Source: Mobula hypostoma
Taxonomy: Eukaryota
Reading direction: 5' to 3'
Length of the DNA stretch: 64,000 nt
Assembly (NCBI RefSeq): GCF_963921235.1
Contig: NC_086097.1
Location: 53,756,001 to 53,820,000 of the forward strand
Position numbers and translations under genes: made by a program. Shown piece by piece: positions 25,920 to 38,399 of this stretch (positions are counted from its first letter, which is position 1; every line of letters starts with the position of its first letter). The notes beneath the pieces were generated by a model that did not search any database, was not told the DNA's origin, and was given only the letters and a program-made list of their open reading frames with translations.

Positions 25920-27210
25920 GCCTGATGTACCATTCAGCTGTACCTATAATAACATCCCTCCATCTTCTGCTGGCAGAGCCAATTTTGAATCCAATCTACC
26001 AAGCCATTGTGCATTCCATAAGCCCTAATTTTATGGATCATACCGTGAAGGAACTTGTTGAATGCTTTCCTCAAGTCCGTGTATACGTTGGCTGCCCTAT
26101 CCTCTATCAGTTTTGTCACCTCCTCGAGAGACACAGTCAAGTTTTAAGACATGACCTCGCACACAAAGCCATGCTCGCATTTGTTAACATGTCCACAATT
26201 TCACAAATGCACATAAATATTATCCCCAAGAAGCAGAATCAGGTTCATTATCACTGTCTTAGAATATGTGAAATGTACTGTTCGTTGCAGCGGTACACTG
26301 CAATTACTACACTGTAGTAATTACTATAAATTACAAAATCAATAATTAATATAAAAAGAAATGAAGCCCTGTTCATGGGTTCACGAACGTCAGGAAGGAG
26401 ACATCAAGGGAACACACGCCAGTACTCATCAGGGGATCAGCAGTGAAAAGGTGAGCAATTTCAAGTTCCTGGGTGTCAACGTCTCTGATAATCTATCCTG
26501 GGCCCAACATATTGAGGCAATTACAATGAAGGCAGCACAGTGTCTATATTTCATCAAGAGTTTGACAGGCCAAATCTCCTCAAACTCCTAATGAAGTACA
26601 GCCACTGGTATGCATCTTTCATGATTGCAAATGTGTTGAACCCAGGCCAGATGTTCTGAGATGTTGATATCTAGGAACTTCAAGCTGCTCACTCTTTCCA
26701 CCACTGACCCCTCAATGAGGCATGTTCTTCCAATTTCCCCTTCCTGAAGTTGACAATTAACTCATCGGTCTTGCTGATGTTGAGTGCAAGGTTGTTGTGA
26801 CACCAATCAACCAGTTGATCTAGCCCACTCCTGTACAAATCCTCAACACTATCTGAGACTTTACCAACAACAGCTGCGTTGTGTCATCTGCAAATTTGTA
26901 GATGACATTTGATGCACTGAGACAGGGCTCACCAGTTAATAATTACTGGCTTATCCATTAACAAAGTGGCAATATTGGCAGCAGTCCAAACTTCTGGGCC
27001 ATCATTTCTGGTTAAAGAGGATTCAAAGATCTCTGTTAAAGCCTCAGCCTCTTCTCTTGCCTCCCTCAATAACTCAGATTAGGTTCCATCAGGTCCTGTG
27101 GACATACCAACCTTAATGTTCTTCAACAGGTTCAACTGCCTCTCCCTCTTAATATCAGGATGGCTTAGAAAATCAACATACTCCCCCCTAATCTCACAAT
27201 GCTCCATGTC
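25920..27210. mobile_element. Mosaic of old CR1 (minus) and Rex1 (both strands) fragments
   Basis: CR1 YTDLRKAFNKFLHG..WIQNWL at 25934-26140; Rex1 EKVSNFKFLGVNVSDNLSWAQHI at 26400-26570 (+); Rex1 minus piece at 26600-26910; CR1 GPDG-like piece at about 27000-27200. Confidence 0.7.
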
Positions 27211-27379
27211 TATGTGATGGCAGCCATTTTATGATAAAGACGTAGAAACATTAATACAGGAAATATGCAGTAATACGCAAATCCCCAGGTTCAGTTATTA
27301 GGTAGTGCTGAATCTTCAGTAAATTGTACCAGTGAAAGAGATCTCAAATTGTAATTAAGTGTAGATGAAACATGATACC

Positions 27380-30300
27380 TGATGTGTCTGTGCATGACTA
27401 CGTATATATTAAATAAAAGCATGCATGTGGGAGATGGCTTTAACTGGTGTATTCCCATTGCAACGAGAGAGAGAACAATGTGCATGCACAGGCATCAGAT
27501 CAATGCGTAGTGCTAAGGGGGGAGGAACAATTGCTCTAAAAGAAATAGATCCAAACCTTACATTTCCTCCCCCTTTAGATTAATGCAACATAAAACTGTA
27601 TATGTACAAAACATTCAATTTCCTTTTCATAAACCCATAATTCAAATAAACATGCTTTCACAATAACAGTCCATAACTGTTCTAAAGGTTCAGTCTTTCG
27701 GGCGGTGCTCTGTTTCTTTCAGGATAGTGCCTCTGGACCTGTGGAGTGGCATCAGGTTTGGCAGATGTCTTGTCAATGATAACCGCTCTCGTTGCGCCTC
27801 TGGACCTATGGGGTGACATTGGGTTTGGTAGGTGTCTTGTCTATGACAATGTTCTCAGTTACTCATATCATGTTACTGTCAGTGACATGATCATCACTGA
27901 GAGGTAAGTCCGGTAACTGTAATGTGTCCATCCTGTTGGATGCGGTCGTTTCAAGTGTGTTCTTCGGTTGAGCATCCAGTATCTAGACAACATGACGTCT
28001 CCATGTCTGATCTTCTACATCCACTGTGTACATCAGTGGTTCAGTTCTTGTAGCTATCTTACCGGGTGTCCACTTGACTTCTTGGTAGTCATGCACTGGG
28101 ACTTCCTCTGAAATCTCAAAGCACCTTGCTGCTTCACTTGGCAACTGACTGAACTGTTTGTTCTGTACTTCCCCCTGGAGGTCTGGTTTCAGGAGGTCTA
28201 TGCAAGATCTCAGATTTCTGCTTATGAACAGCATTTCAGGTGTTTGATATCTCGATGCATGAACAGAGTTCTGATACACAAAAAGGAAGTTGTCCACCTT
28301 GTGCTGTAGGGAAATGTCCTCTTTGTCCATCTAATTAATGGACTTCTTGAAGCTTTGGATAACCCTTTCAGCTGACCCATTGATTGTTGGGTGGTGAGGA
28401 GCTGACTTGAAATGTCTGATGCTATTTTTCTTCATGAAGACTTAGAATTCTTCTGACTTGAATTGTGGTCTGTTGTCGCTCACAATTTGTTCTGCTAAGC
28501 CATTACTGGTGAAGATAGCCCTAAGAGCGGAGACAGAGGTGGCTGACTTCAGTGGTATGACCTGTAGCCACTTTGAATGAACATCCACAGCAATCAGAAA
28601 CATGAAGTTCATGAATGGCCCAGCAAAGTCAATATGTACTCTTTGCTATGATAAAGATTACCAGTCCCACAGGTGTAACAGTGCCTGTGGGGGTGCATTT
28701 TGATCTCTTTGGCATCCTGAATAGCTTTTGGCCAAGTCTTTAATCTGCTTATCTATTTCCTTCTCAAAAACCTTCTGATTAGCATTAAGCTGCTGGGTCA
28801 GTTTCTAGTTAGTGTTAGCAGTTGGGCCGCCTTTGCCTGTTGATGTCACGCTGATAGTTTTGATTGAGTGCCAATCTAGTTGGATTTTTCTCAACCATTC
28901 ACATCAGAAAAGTGCTGGCCCTCCATTTTTCAATACATAAAGCTCTAACTGTTGTGGTTGGCCTCCATACGTCACATTTACTTTCAATTTGCCTTTGGAA
29001 GTCTTTAGCATCACTGAGGTCTTCTCTAATGGTATCTTAGAAAACAGTCTGTTGTAGTCAGCCTCAGGAATCATAGTCAAAACTGACCTTGCATCCAGCT
29101 CCAATTTCAGTTTTACACTGGACATATCTATTGTGATCCAGATGATTTTGTGATCTATTTCAATTACGCTATGCAGTTCTAGGCATGACAGTTCACTTTT
29201 ATCAGACTCTATGTAGTTGATTCTGTTTTACGTTCTATAACTTTATGTATTTGCTTAGTTTTGTGTTTGAGACTTTTCAATCTGTTGTGCTTTTTGGCTG
29301 CCTTGCACATTTTCTCTATGTGACCTTGTCATAAAACAAGTACCCAACTTTTGCTACTTAGGAAGCTGGGTGACATCAAATGGCAGGTGCGACATGGACA
29401 TCAAAAGAAGAATAGGGATGGCAAAAGACACCTTTACAAGAATGAAGAGTATACTGACCAATACTAAACTAGGCATGACAACCCGCCTCAGAGTACTGAA
29501 ATGTTACATTTATCCAGTTATGTTATATGGATCAGAATGTTGGACAATATCTAGTAACATGAGGAATTGAATTGTAGCAACAGAGATGTAGTTTTTGAGA
29601 AGGATGCAAAGAATATCATGGATGAAATGAGTATCTAACGAGGATGTCATGAACAGAGCAAACACAAAAAGAGAAATAATGTATGAGGTCATGAAAAGGC
29701 AATGTAACTTCATTGGACATGTGACTGGGAAAGAGGAGTTAGAATGCACAGTAATTATGGGAAAGGTTGAAGGGAAGAAAGCAAGAGGAAGACAAAGACA
29801 AATGATGATGGAGACAGCAGCCAGAGAACTGAAAACGAATACCAATGAATTGATCCACTTGACCCGAAACAGGAGTGTGTGGGTCATGGCAGTCAAAGCT
29901 CAAACTGGGCATGGCACCTGATGATGATGATAATGATGACCTTGTCTGTGACACTTCCTGCAAACTTTTTCTTTGAACCAACAGTCATTTGAATCATGGG
30001 AGGATTTGCCACATCGATGACATCTTTGGCATTTTGCACCATTCAGGGACATTTTGTGCATTTCACATCCTAACCTCCTTTTCTGTAGTTCTGCTGCATC
30101 CATTGCTGCAGCCTCTATCGACATTGCAATGGTCAATGCCCATTCTAGGGTTAGGTCTCTTTCAGACAGTGGCCACCTTTGAGTGCTTTGACAATGCAAG
30201 CCACATAAAAGCCTGTTCCTTAATGCATTGGAAAGTCCATCTCTAAAGTTATAGTACTAGGAAAGTTTGTGCAGTTCTGCAATGTGTTCAGAAAGGCTTT

Positions 30301-30939
30301 CATCTTTTGACTAGTTCCTTTTGTAACATCTAAATCTCTCAGCTATTACCAGTGGTTTAGGGCTCAAGTGATTTTGTAATATTTTAACACTTTCATTGAA
30401 TGTCTTGCTTTCTGGCTTTTCAGGGGTTACTAGTTTGTACTTCATTAAACTAAGAAGTGTAGGGGCTTTCTTTTGCTCCACCACGTTGTTTGTGTTACAA
30501 TATAGTTCAACACTCTTGATATACGACTCCCAGCCTTCATTAATGCTATCTATTCATCAGCTTTCCTGACTGAAGCCATCGTCATGTTATTTTCACTTTA
30601 AATACAACATATCTTTCACAGTTACTCACAAGTCTGTCGACTTTCTCAGGCTGTTTAACTCGCATTGTTTTGTCCCATAACTGTCGGTGCAGTTTGTGAT
30701 ATTCTCTGACATTAAGATTCATACTCATTGTCAATTTGTTGTGTCTGTGCGTAGCTACATAAATATAAATAACAGCACACATGTGGGAGATGGCTTTAAC
30801 TGGTGAATTCACAATACAGCTAGAGAGAGTGAGAACAATGCACATGCGTAGACCGGGTCACGCGCAGACAACAAATCAATGTGTAGTAGTGGGGGGGTGG
30901 AAGATCATTGCTCTAAAAGAAATAGATCCATGCATTACA
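27380..30939 (-). mobile_element. Gypsy LTR retrotransposon (Mag-like), RT/RNaseH-less, copy 2; both LTRs and 5-bp TSD ATACC
   Basis: 3' LTR 27380-27562, 5' LTR 30737-30939, TG...CA ends; PPT aaagggggaggaaa at 27563-27576 (minus); TSD at 27375-27379 and 30940-30944; knuckle CHRCGKSSHDSNDC, protease LELDARS, integrase HIDFAGPF. Confidence 0.93.
29331..29936 (+). mobile_element. 5'-truncated RTE-clade LINE nested in Gypsy copy 2
   Basis: DIKRRIGMAKDTF..RLRVLKCYIYPVMLYGSECWT and GKVEGKKARGRQR; (GAT)n tail; perfect 10-bp TSD tgaccttgtc at 29321-29330 and 29937-29946. Confidence 0.93.
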
Positions 30940-31875
30940 ATACCCATGCTTTGGCCAGTTTGAACAAGTTTACATTAAGATGTGCTCAACTGAACACTTT
31001 GGAAGAAAAGCACCAGTTAGCGCTGTTCCAAAACCAAGGAAAATACTGCACCCGATTGCAAGCTGAAGCAGGGTTCCTGTCAATGCTTAAATGAACGGAA
31101 CCCAACCCCCAACGTCCATCCCATAGGGCAGCATCCTACCAACATTAAGCTTGTAGCAAGGGCATGTAAATGTCTACCCCTATTGTATTGCACACTTCAA
31201 CCTGTACTGAAAGTCATTTTGAACTCTGGAAGAAGAACTGCAACAACACTTCTGCATTCATTGAAAAGCAAAGTATCGGTAGTGAAAGCTAAACCATACG
31301 GACCAACAACCAACCCAGACAATGCCTACACTATGTCAAATTAATCGATCTTATCCAGGCCTTTGGGATTTGCAGTACTGTTGCTCAATTTTTCAGTGCT
31401 GAGGGGGCATTTGGCAGAGTTGTTAATTATGTTGCTGTAGGAATCTGTGAGCACAATTGTTGGATTCAGACAGATTTATTCTCAGTTGTGATGTATGTCC
31501 TCTTATATAGACCGCACCAAAAATAAATAATGATTTATATTTTGTTCCCACGCTCAGTCAAACCAGTAATGGATAACTGAACACAGGATAAAGACGAACA
31601 GGTTTCAAGTTGCAGTGAGGAGTCTCTAATTCCAGGTAGGGGGTCGTAGATATACAGTAGAAAAAGAAATTTGGGGGAAAAAAAACAAACTTACCTTTGT
31701 CAACAAGTATTTGAAATATGAAAACACTGTCATTCAGGTATATTTATACACATTGCTAGAATAATCAGAAAATTGCGATGAAAATAAATTAGGCTTGGAA
31801 AACAATGACGTCAGCATGATTTAAAAATTATACTGAAGCTTAACTATGTACGACGATGTCCAGTGGTCACAAGAC

Positions 31876-32198
31876 GTACCATAGTCATCATCACACATAA
31901 CGTTACCAGCTACATCATCACATATAACGTTACCATTGTTATTATCACATATAACTTTACCATATCATCACACATAACGTCACCAGCTACATCATCACAT
32001 ATAACGTTACCATTGTTATTATCACATATAACTTTACCATATCATCACACATAACGTCACCAGCTACATCATCACATATAACGTTACCATTGTTATTATC
32101 ACATATAACTTTACCATATCATCACACATAATGTTACCAGCTACATCATCACACATAACCTTACCATAGTCATCATCATACATAATGTTACCAGCTAC
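31876..32198. repeat. Minisatellite with 77-bp higher-order repeat (27+27+23 bp subunits)
   Basis: accagctac recurs at 31905, 31982, 32059 and 32136 (period 77) and at 32190; subunits share ataac(g/t)ttacc..atcaca. Confidence 0.93.
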
Positions 32199-33092
32199 AA
32201 GACAGGAATTATTGTAGGTCAATAAAAACTCTGGATAGTAAAAGGCATTTCTCTCACATTAGAGAGAAAAGAAAAATGTACGTAGATAAGCATGTGAAAA
32301 TTGAATTTGAAGGCCTAGTCAGTTTTAAAAGAAGCCCAATAATTTCTTTCTGTGTTGTTGTTGAACTTACAGAAATCAAATATTTTGCAACTTCTTTGAT
32401 AGTCATGGAATCATTTAGGCTAGGAACATGCCCTTCAGCCCACTATGTTTCTGCCATCCTTCTACACATCTATAGTCATTCTATCTGCTGTATCATACAC
32501 TCATCACACTGTCAGATCAGCATTCATTTACACTTCTCTTCCCGCTTCATACTGCAGCCGATCACTTTTGCACATCCCTTAGTTAGTTGCGTCTTTGCCC
32601 TGGCCATTCTTACTTCTGGTTACCTTACAGGGTGGGTCAGGCCTTCTCCCTTTCAGGTCTGCCTGATCTCCACCTGTCTCACACTTCGTTCTCCCTTCTC
32701 ACTTTGTTCATGTTTTAACCTACCTGGTGTGCTGGCTCACTCCCCTGCACCCCTTCACATTGCTTGCTCCACTTCCAATTAGCTGCTATTTCTGCTTCAC
32801 TCTGTGGCTGATTAATGTGGCACGTTCCTGGGTTAGTTGCCCCCTCACTCTGTCCCTGGTTTACCCGACATGTTCCACCAAACTGCTGCTCTTTCAGCTG
32901 CCCGTATTGTATATCCAATTATCCTCTCTACACTGTGACAGCTTTTCTTATGTAAGCTTGTGCAATATTTACAAAGACTTTCTCAAAAGGGCTAAATAAC
33001 TGCATCATCAGCAACCCAAAATTCACTCCAAATATAGAAAGCCAATCAAACTTCCAAGATGAATTCACCTTTTGTGTTAACCCATTTGTAAA

Positions 33093-33630
33093 TATATGCA
33101 GTGACCACTTTATTTGGTACATCTGTACACCTGCTTGTTAATGCAAATATCTAATCAACTAATCATATGGAGGCAATTCAATGCATAAAAGCACGTGGAC
33201 ATGGTCAAGGGGTTCACTTGTTCGGAAGAAAGAGCAGAAACAGGAAGGAATATGATCTAAGTACAAACGTACTTTGACCATGGAATGATTATCAGAGCCA
33301 GGCAGGGTTGTTTGAGTATCTCAGAAACCGATGATCTCGTGGAACTCTCACATACAACAGTGCATAGTGCTAAAAACAAATACAAAAAAAGATCCAGTGA
33401 GTGGCAGTTTTGTGGGCAAAAATGTTCTGTTAATGAGAGAGGTCAGAGGAGAATGGCCAGACAAGAAGGTGATAGTAACTCAAATAATAATGAGCTACAA
33501 CAGTAATGTGCAGAAGAACATATCTGAATGCACAACATGTAAAAGCTTCAAGTGAGTGGGCTACAACAGCAGAAGATCATGAACATACATTCAGTGGCCA
33601 TTTTACTATGTACAGGAAGTACAGTGTATA
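33093..33630 (+). mobile_element. Internally deleted Tc1/mariner element
   Basis: Terminal motif cagtg(a/g)cca(c/t)ttta..t..gtaca near both ends; N-terminal HTH remnant MIIRARQGCLSISETDDLVELSHTTV..CGQKCSVNERGQRRMAR. Confidence 0.75.
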
Positions 33631-33834
33631 TCATTGCTCATGTTAATTTATCCTTAAGATTGTCCCACAATGAAGGAAATAGTTCGGGTATATTTTAAAC
33701 TTTTTACTCAAAACATAACATATTGGTCTTGGAAAAGTGGATCTTAAAATGTCTGGGCTTTCCATGTGTTTGCTGAACTGCTGCAAGGAAGCAGGTCAAG
33801 GTGCCTGCTAGTTCTACTCACTTGAAACTTGTGA

Positions 33835-35468
33835 CTGTGAGGCTAAGCACAGCTCCAGTGCCATATTTAGGTTTGCTACTGCCCTTGGTTGAATCAAAGG
33901 TGGTAACGAATCAGCCTATAGGAGGGAGATTGAAAATCTAGCTGAGTGGTGTTACAACAACATCCTCTGACTCAATGCCAGCAAAACCAAGAACCTGCTT
34001 ATTGACTTTGCGGGAGGAAGCCGGAAGACCACAGGTCAGTCCTCATTGGGGATCAGAGGTGAAGCAAATCAGCAACTTTCAGTTCCTTGGTGCTATCATT
34101 TCAGGGATCTGTCCTTGGCCCAGTATGCAAGTTCAATTAGAAAGGAAGCACAACAGTGCCTCTACATCCGTAAAAAATTGCAAACATTCAGCATGATATC
34201 TAAAATTTTGATGAACTTCTAAAGATATGGGATGGAGAGCATATAGACTGGTTGCATCAAGGCCTGGTATGAAAAGTCGGGAGGAGAAGATGGCGGCATG
34301 ACGCAGCTCGCAGCGGCCACTCCGTTGGTGATGTCTGTTATTTGTCAAGTAGGGTGCCGTGCACAATCCTGATTTGATGGAGACTGACGTGAGAGCACGG
34401 AGGAACATCTGGAGAAACTTCTGAAATGCCTGCTTTGCTACTGCTGCTACTGTGTGGTCCAGAATCTCCGGAGGAGAAGGCCCCGAGTCCTCGGCTTTGT
34501 TTGTTACTCGACGGCCAGGGCGGGGTCAAAGCGCTCGGCAGAGGATGGTGCTCAGAGAGGCTGTATCGCAGGGGCTGGTTGGAGACTCAAAGTTTTCAGA
34601 CGGACTCAGGGTCTGCTGCGGTCGGGTGCTTCTAATGGTGCTGCATCAGCAAGTTGTCGGCGCTTGGAGGTTCATGGCAGGGAGAGTTTCTCCCTTCTGC
34701 CGTCTGCATGAGATGATGAGTCGATCGGGACTTTAGACTTCTTTTTTTACTGTGCCCATGGTCTGCTCTTTATCAAATTATGGTATTGCTTTGCATTGTT
34801 GTAACTATATGTTATAATTATGTGGTTTTGTCAGTTTTCGTCTTGGTTTGTCCTTTTTTTTGTGATATCATTCTGGAGGAACATTGTATCATTTTTAATG
34901 CATGCATTTCGAAATGACAATATACGAGGACTGAGTGTCCTCATAATCTAAAAAAAACAATTCTCTTGAATGGAAAATCCTAGATCAGAAGGTAGTGGTT
35001 ACAGCCTAGTCCATCGTGGGTAAAGCCTTCCCCTCCACTGAGCACATCAGCACGGAGTGCTATCTCAGGAAAGCAGTATACATTATCGAGGTCTCCCACT
35101 ACCCAGGCCATGTGCTCTTCTCACTGCTGCCATCAGGAAGGAGGTGCAATCCTGATTTGACCCACAGGACCCACACAGTTATTACCCCTCAACCATCATG
35201 ATCTAGAACCAGAGGAGGTAACTTCACTCGGCCCATCACTTTCAAGAACGCTTCATCTCATGTTCTCAATATCTGTTGGGTTTTTTTGGATTTGCACAGT
35301 TTGTTGTCTTTTGCACATTGGTTGTTTGACCGTCCTGTCAGGTGCGCTCTTTCATTAATTCTATTGTGTTTCTTGGATATACTGTGTATGCCTGCAAGAA
35401 AACAATTCTCAGGGTTGTATATGGTGACATGAATGTAATTTGATATTAAATTTACTTTGAACTTTAGT
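33835..35468 (+). mobile_element. Rex1/Babar LINE 3' fragment interrupted by family X
   Basis: EWCYNNIL..NASKTKNLLID, ISNFQFLG, GCIKAWY, HYPGHVLFSLLPSGRR; 3' UTR ending taaatttactttgaacttt. Confidence 0.82.
34276..34952 (+). mobile_element. Non-coding SINE-like retroposon, family X, longest (apparently full-length) copy
   Basis: Starts gtcgggaggagAAGATGGCGGC; GC-rich 5' part, T-rich 3' part; hairpin gaggac-tgagt-gtcctc at 34926-34942, then taatcta. Confidence 0.88.
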
Positions 35469-35712
35469 TTGTTGTTATTCAAAGTCAGTACAAGTCTTTT
35501 CAAAAAAAAACTGTGCATTTCTTCTTTTATTCTATGGTTTCCAAGCACTCCAGGTGTGGCTACAAAGAAAGCAGCCATTGTTTTTTTACTGTAAAGTAAA
35601 AACAAAAAATGCTGGCAATTTTAGATTAAATTAATTACAGATTACATTTGTAATGAGGTTGTAAGCCTGGGATTGCAGTGACACAAGGTAAAAAAATAAG
35701 AGATACTAGGAA

Positions 35713-36712
35713 AACATCAGACCATAAGATATAGGAGCAGAATTAGGCCATTTGGCCCATCAAGTCTGCTCTGCCATTTCCTTATGCCTGACATATGTTT
35801 CCTCTCAGCCCCAATCTGCTGCCTGCTCCCTGTATCCCTTTGTGACCTGACCAATCAAAAACCTATCAACCTCTGCCTTAAATATATGTAAAAATCACCT
35901 CCACAGTTGCCTGGGGCAATGAATTCCACAGACTCACCACTCTCTGGCTAAAGAAATTCCTCCACATCTCCATTCTAAAGGGACGTCGCTCTATCCTGAG
36001 GCTGTGTCCTCTGGTCTTAGTCTCTACTAGCATAGGAAACATTCTCTCCACATTCACTCTATCAAGGATTTTCACCATTTAACGGGTTTCAATGAGGTCA
36101 CCCTCATTGTTCCCAATTCTAGTGAACCCAGGCCCATTACCATCAAACACTTTTCACGACAAGCCATTCAATCCTGGGATCATTTTCGTGAACCTCCTTT
36201 AAATCCTCTCCAGTTTCAGCACATTCTTTCTAAGATAAAGGACCCAAAGCTGCTCACAATACTCCAAGTGAGGCCTCACCAGTGCTTTATAAAGTCTCAA
36301 CATTATATCCTTGCTTTTATATTCTAGTCCTCTTGAAATGAATGTTAACATTGCATTTGCATTCCTCACCATCAACTCAAACTGCAAATTAACCTTTTGG
36401 GGAATCTTGTACAAGGAATGCCAAGTCCCTTTGTGCCTCAGTTGTTTGAATTTTCTCTCCATTTAAAGAATAGTCAACCTTTTCATTTCTTCTACCAAAG
36501 TGTAGGACCATACACTTCCCAACACTGTCTTCCATCTGCCATTTCCTTGCCCATTCTCCTGATCTGCCCAAATCCTTCTGTAGCCTCTCTACTTCCTCAA
36601 AACTACCTGCCCCTCCACCTATCTTCATATTGTCTGCAAAGCTTGCGACAAAGCCATCAATTCCATCATTCAAATCATTGACATATACGATAAAAAGAAT
36701 CGGTCCCAACAA
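35713..36712 (-). mobile_element. CR1 LINE 3' fragment
   Basis: LGPILFIVYVNDL..FADNMKIGG, LYKALVRPHLEYCEQLW, RNFFSQRVVSLWNSLP and 3' UTR. Confidence 0.9.
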
Positions 36713-38399
36713 AGGGTCCCAGAAGTGCTCAGAATAAGTTCAATGGAGGCATCACAAGTACTTTATAAAGCTGCAATATTACATAATTGTTTTTATATAC
36801 TAATCCTCTTGAAATGAGTGCTAACATCGCATTTGCCTTCCGCACCACAGACTCAACCTGAAATTTAACTTTTAGCAAATCCCGCACAAGGACTCCCAGG
36901 TCCCTTTTCACCTCAGATTTTTGAATTTTCTCTCCATTTAGAAAGTAGCCTACCATTTATTTATTCTACCAAAGTGCATGATCATACACTTTCGGACACT
37001 GTATTCCATCTGCCACTTCTGTACCCATTCTCCTAATCTGTCTAAGACCTTCTGTATCTTCTCTACTTCCTGAAACCTGCTCGCCCCTCCACCTATCATT
37101 CACAAACTTTGCAACAAAGCCATAAATTCCATCATCCATGTCATTGACATATAATGTAAAAAGAAACGGTCCCAACACAGACCCTTGTGGAACATCACTA
37201 GTCACTGGCAGCCAACCAGAAAAAGCCCCCTTTATTCCCACTCTTTGCCTCCTACCAATCAACCACTACTTTATCCATACTAGTATATTTCCTGTAATAT
37301 TTCTTCCTCTTTGGGATGTTTACATACTGTGCCTTCTGAGTTGCTTCCAGAAATTCCAACCATTACTACTCCACCATCATCCCTGCCAGTGTTCTTTTCT
37401 AATCAATTCTGGCTATCTCCTCTCTTATGCCTCTGTAATTCCCTTTACTCCACTGTAATACTGATACATCTGATTTTAGCATCTCCTTCTCAAATTTCGA
37501 GGTGAATTTGCTTATATTATGATCACTTTTCCTGAAGAGCTCCTTTACCTTAAATTCTCTAATCAATTCTGGTTCATTGCACAACACCCAATATGGAATA
37601 TCTGATCCTGTAGTGGGCTCAACCATAAGCTGCTCTAAAAAGCAATCTCATAGGTATTCCAGAATTTCCTCCTCTTAGAATCCAGCACCAACCTAATTTT
37701 ACCATTCTACCTGCATATAGAAGACCCTTCATGACTATTGTAACAGTACCCTTTTGCCATACATTTCCTATTTCCCATTGTAATTTGTAGATCACATCCT
37801 TGTTATTGGTTGAGGGTCTATATATAACTCCCATCAGGGTCCTTTACCCCTGCAGTTCCTTAGCTCTATCCACAACAATTCAACTTCCTATTAATTTCAT
37901 TTCATTTTTTTCCCAACAGAGCCACACCACCCCTTCTGCCTACCTGCCTGTCCTTTCAATACAAGAGGTGGGGGCATGGGACTGTCGATCAGGGATACTA
38001 TCACAGCTGCAGAAAAGGAGGAAGACATGGAAGGATTGTCTGTGGGTAGAAGTTAGGAATAGGAAGGGGTCAATAACTCTTCTGGGTGTTTTGTATAGAT
38101 CACCCAATAGTAACAGGGACATTGAGAAGCAGATAGAGAGAGAGATTCTGGAAAGGTATAATAATAACAGGGTTGTCGTGGTGGGAGATTTTAATTTCCC
38201 AAATATCGATTGGCATGTCCCTAGAGCAAGAGGTTTAGATGGGGTGGAGTTTGTTATGTGTGTTCAAAAAGGTTTCTTGACACAATATGTAGATAAGCTT
38301 ACAAGAGGAGAGGCTGTACTTGATCTGGTACTGGGAAATGAACCTGGTCAGGTGTCAGTTCTCTCAGTGGGAGAGCATTTTGGGATAGTGATCACAATT

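Noticed and set aside
16442..30939. The two Gypsy copies as one segmental duplication or one giant element
   Set aside because: Copy 2 has its own LTR pair and TSD, and the flanks and nested inserts differ between the copies.
31876..32198. CRISPR-like array
   Set aside because: The intervening segments are repeats of one another rather than unique spacers, there are no cas genes, and the context is eukaryotic. It is a minisatellite.
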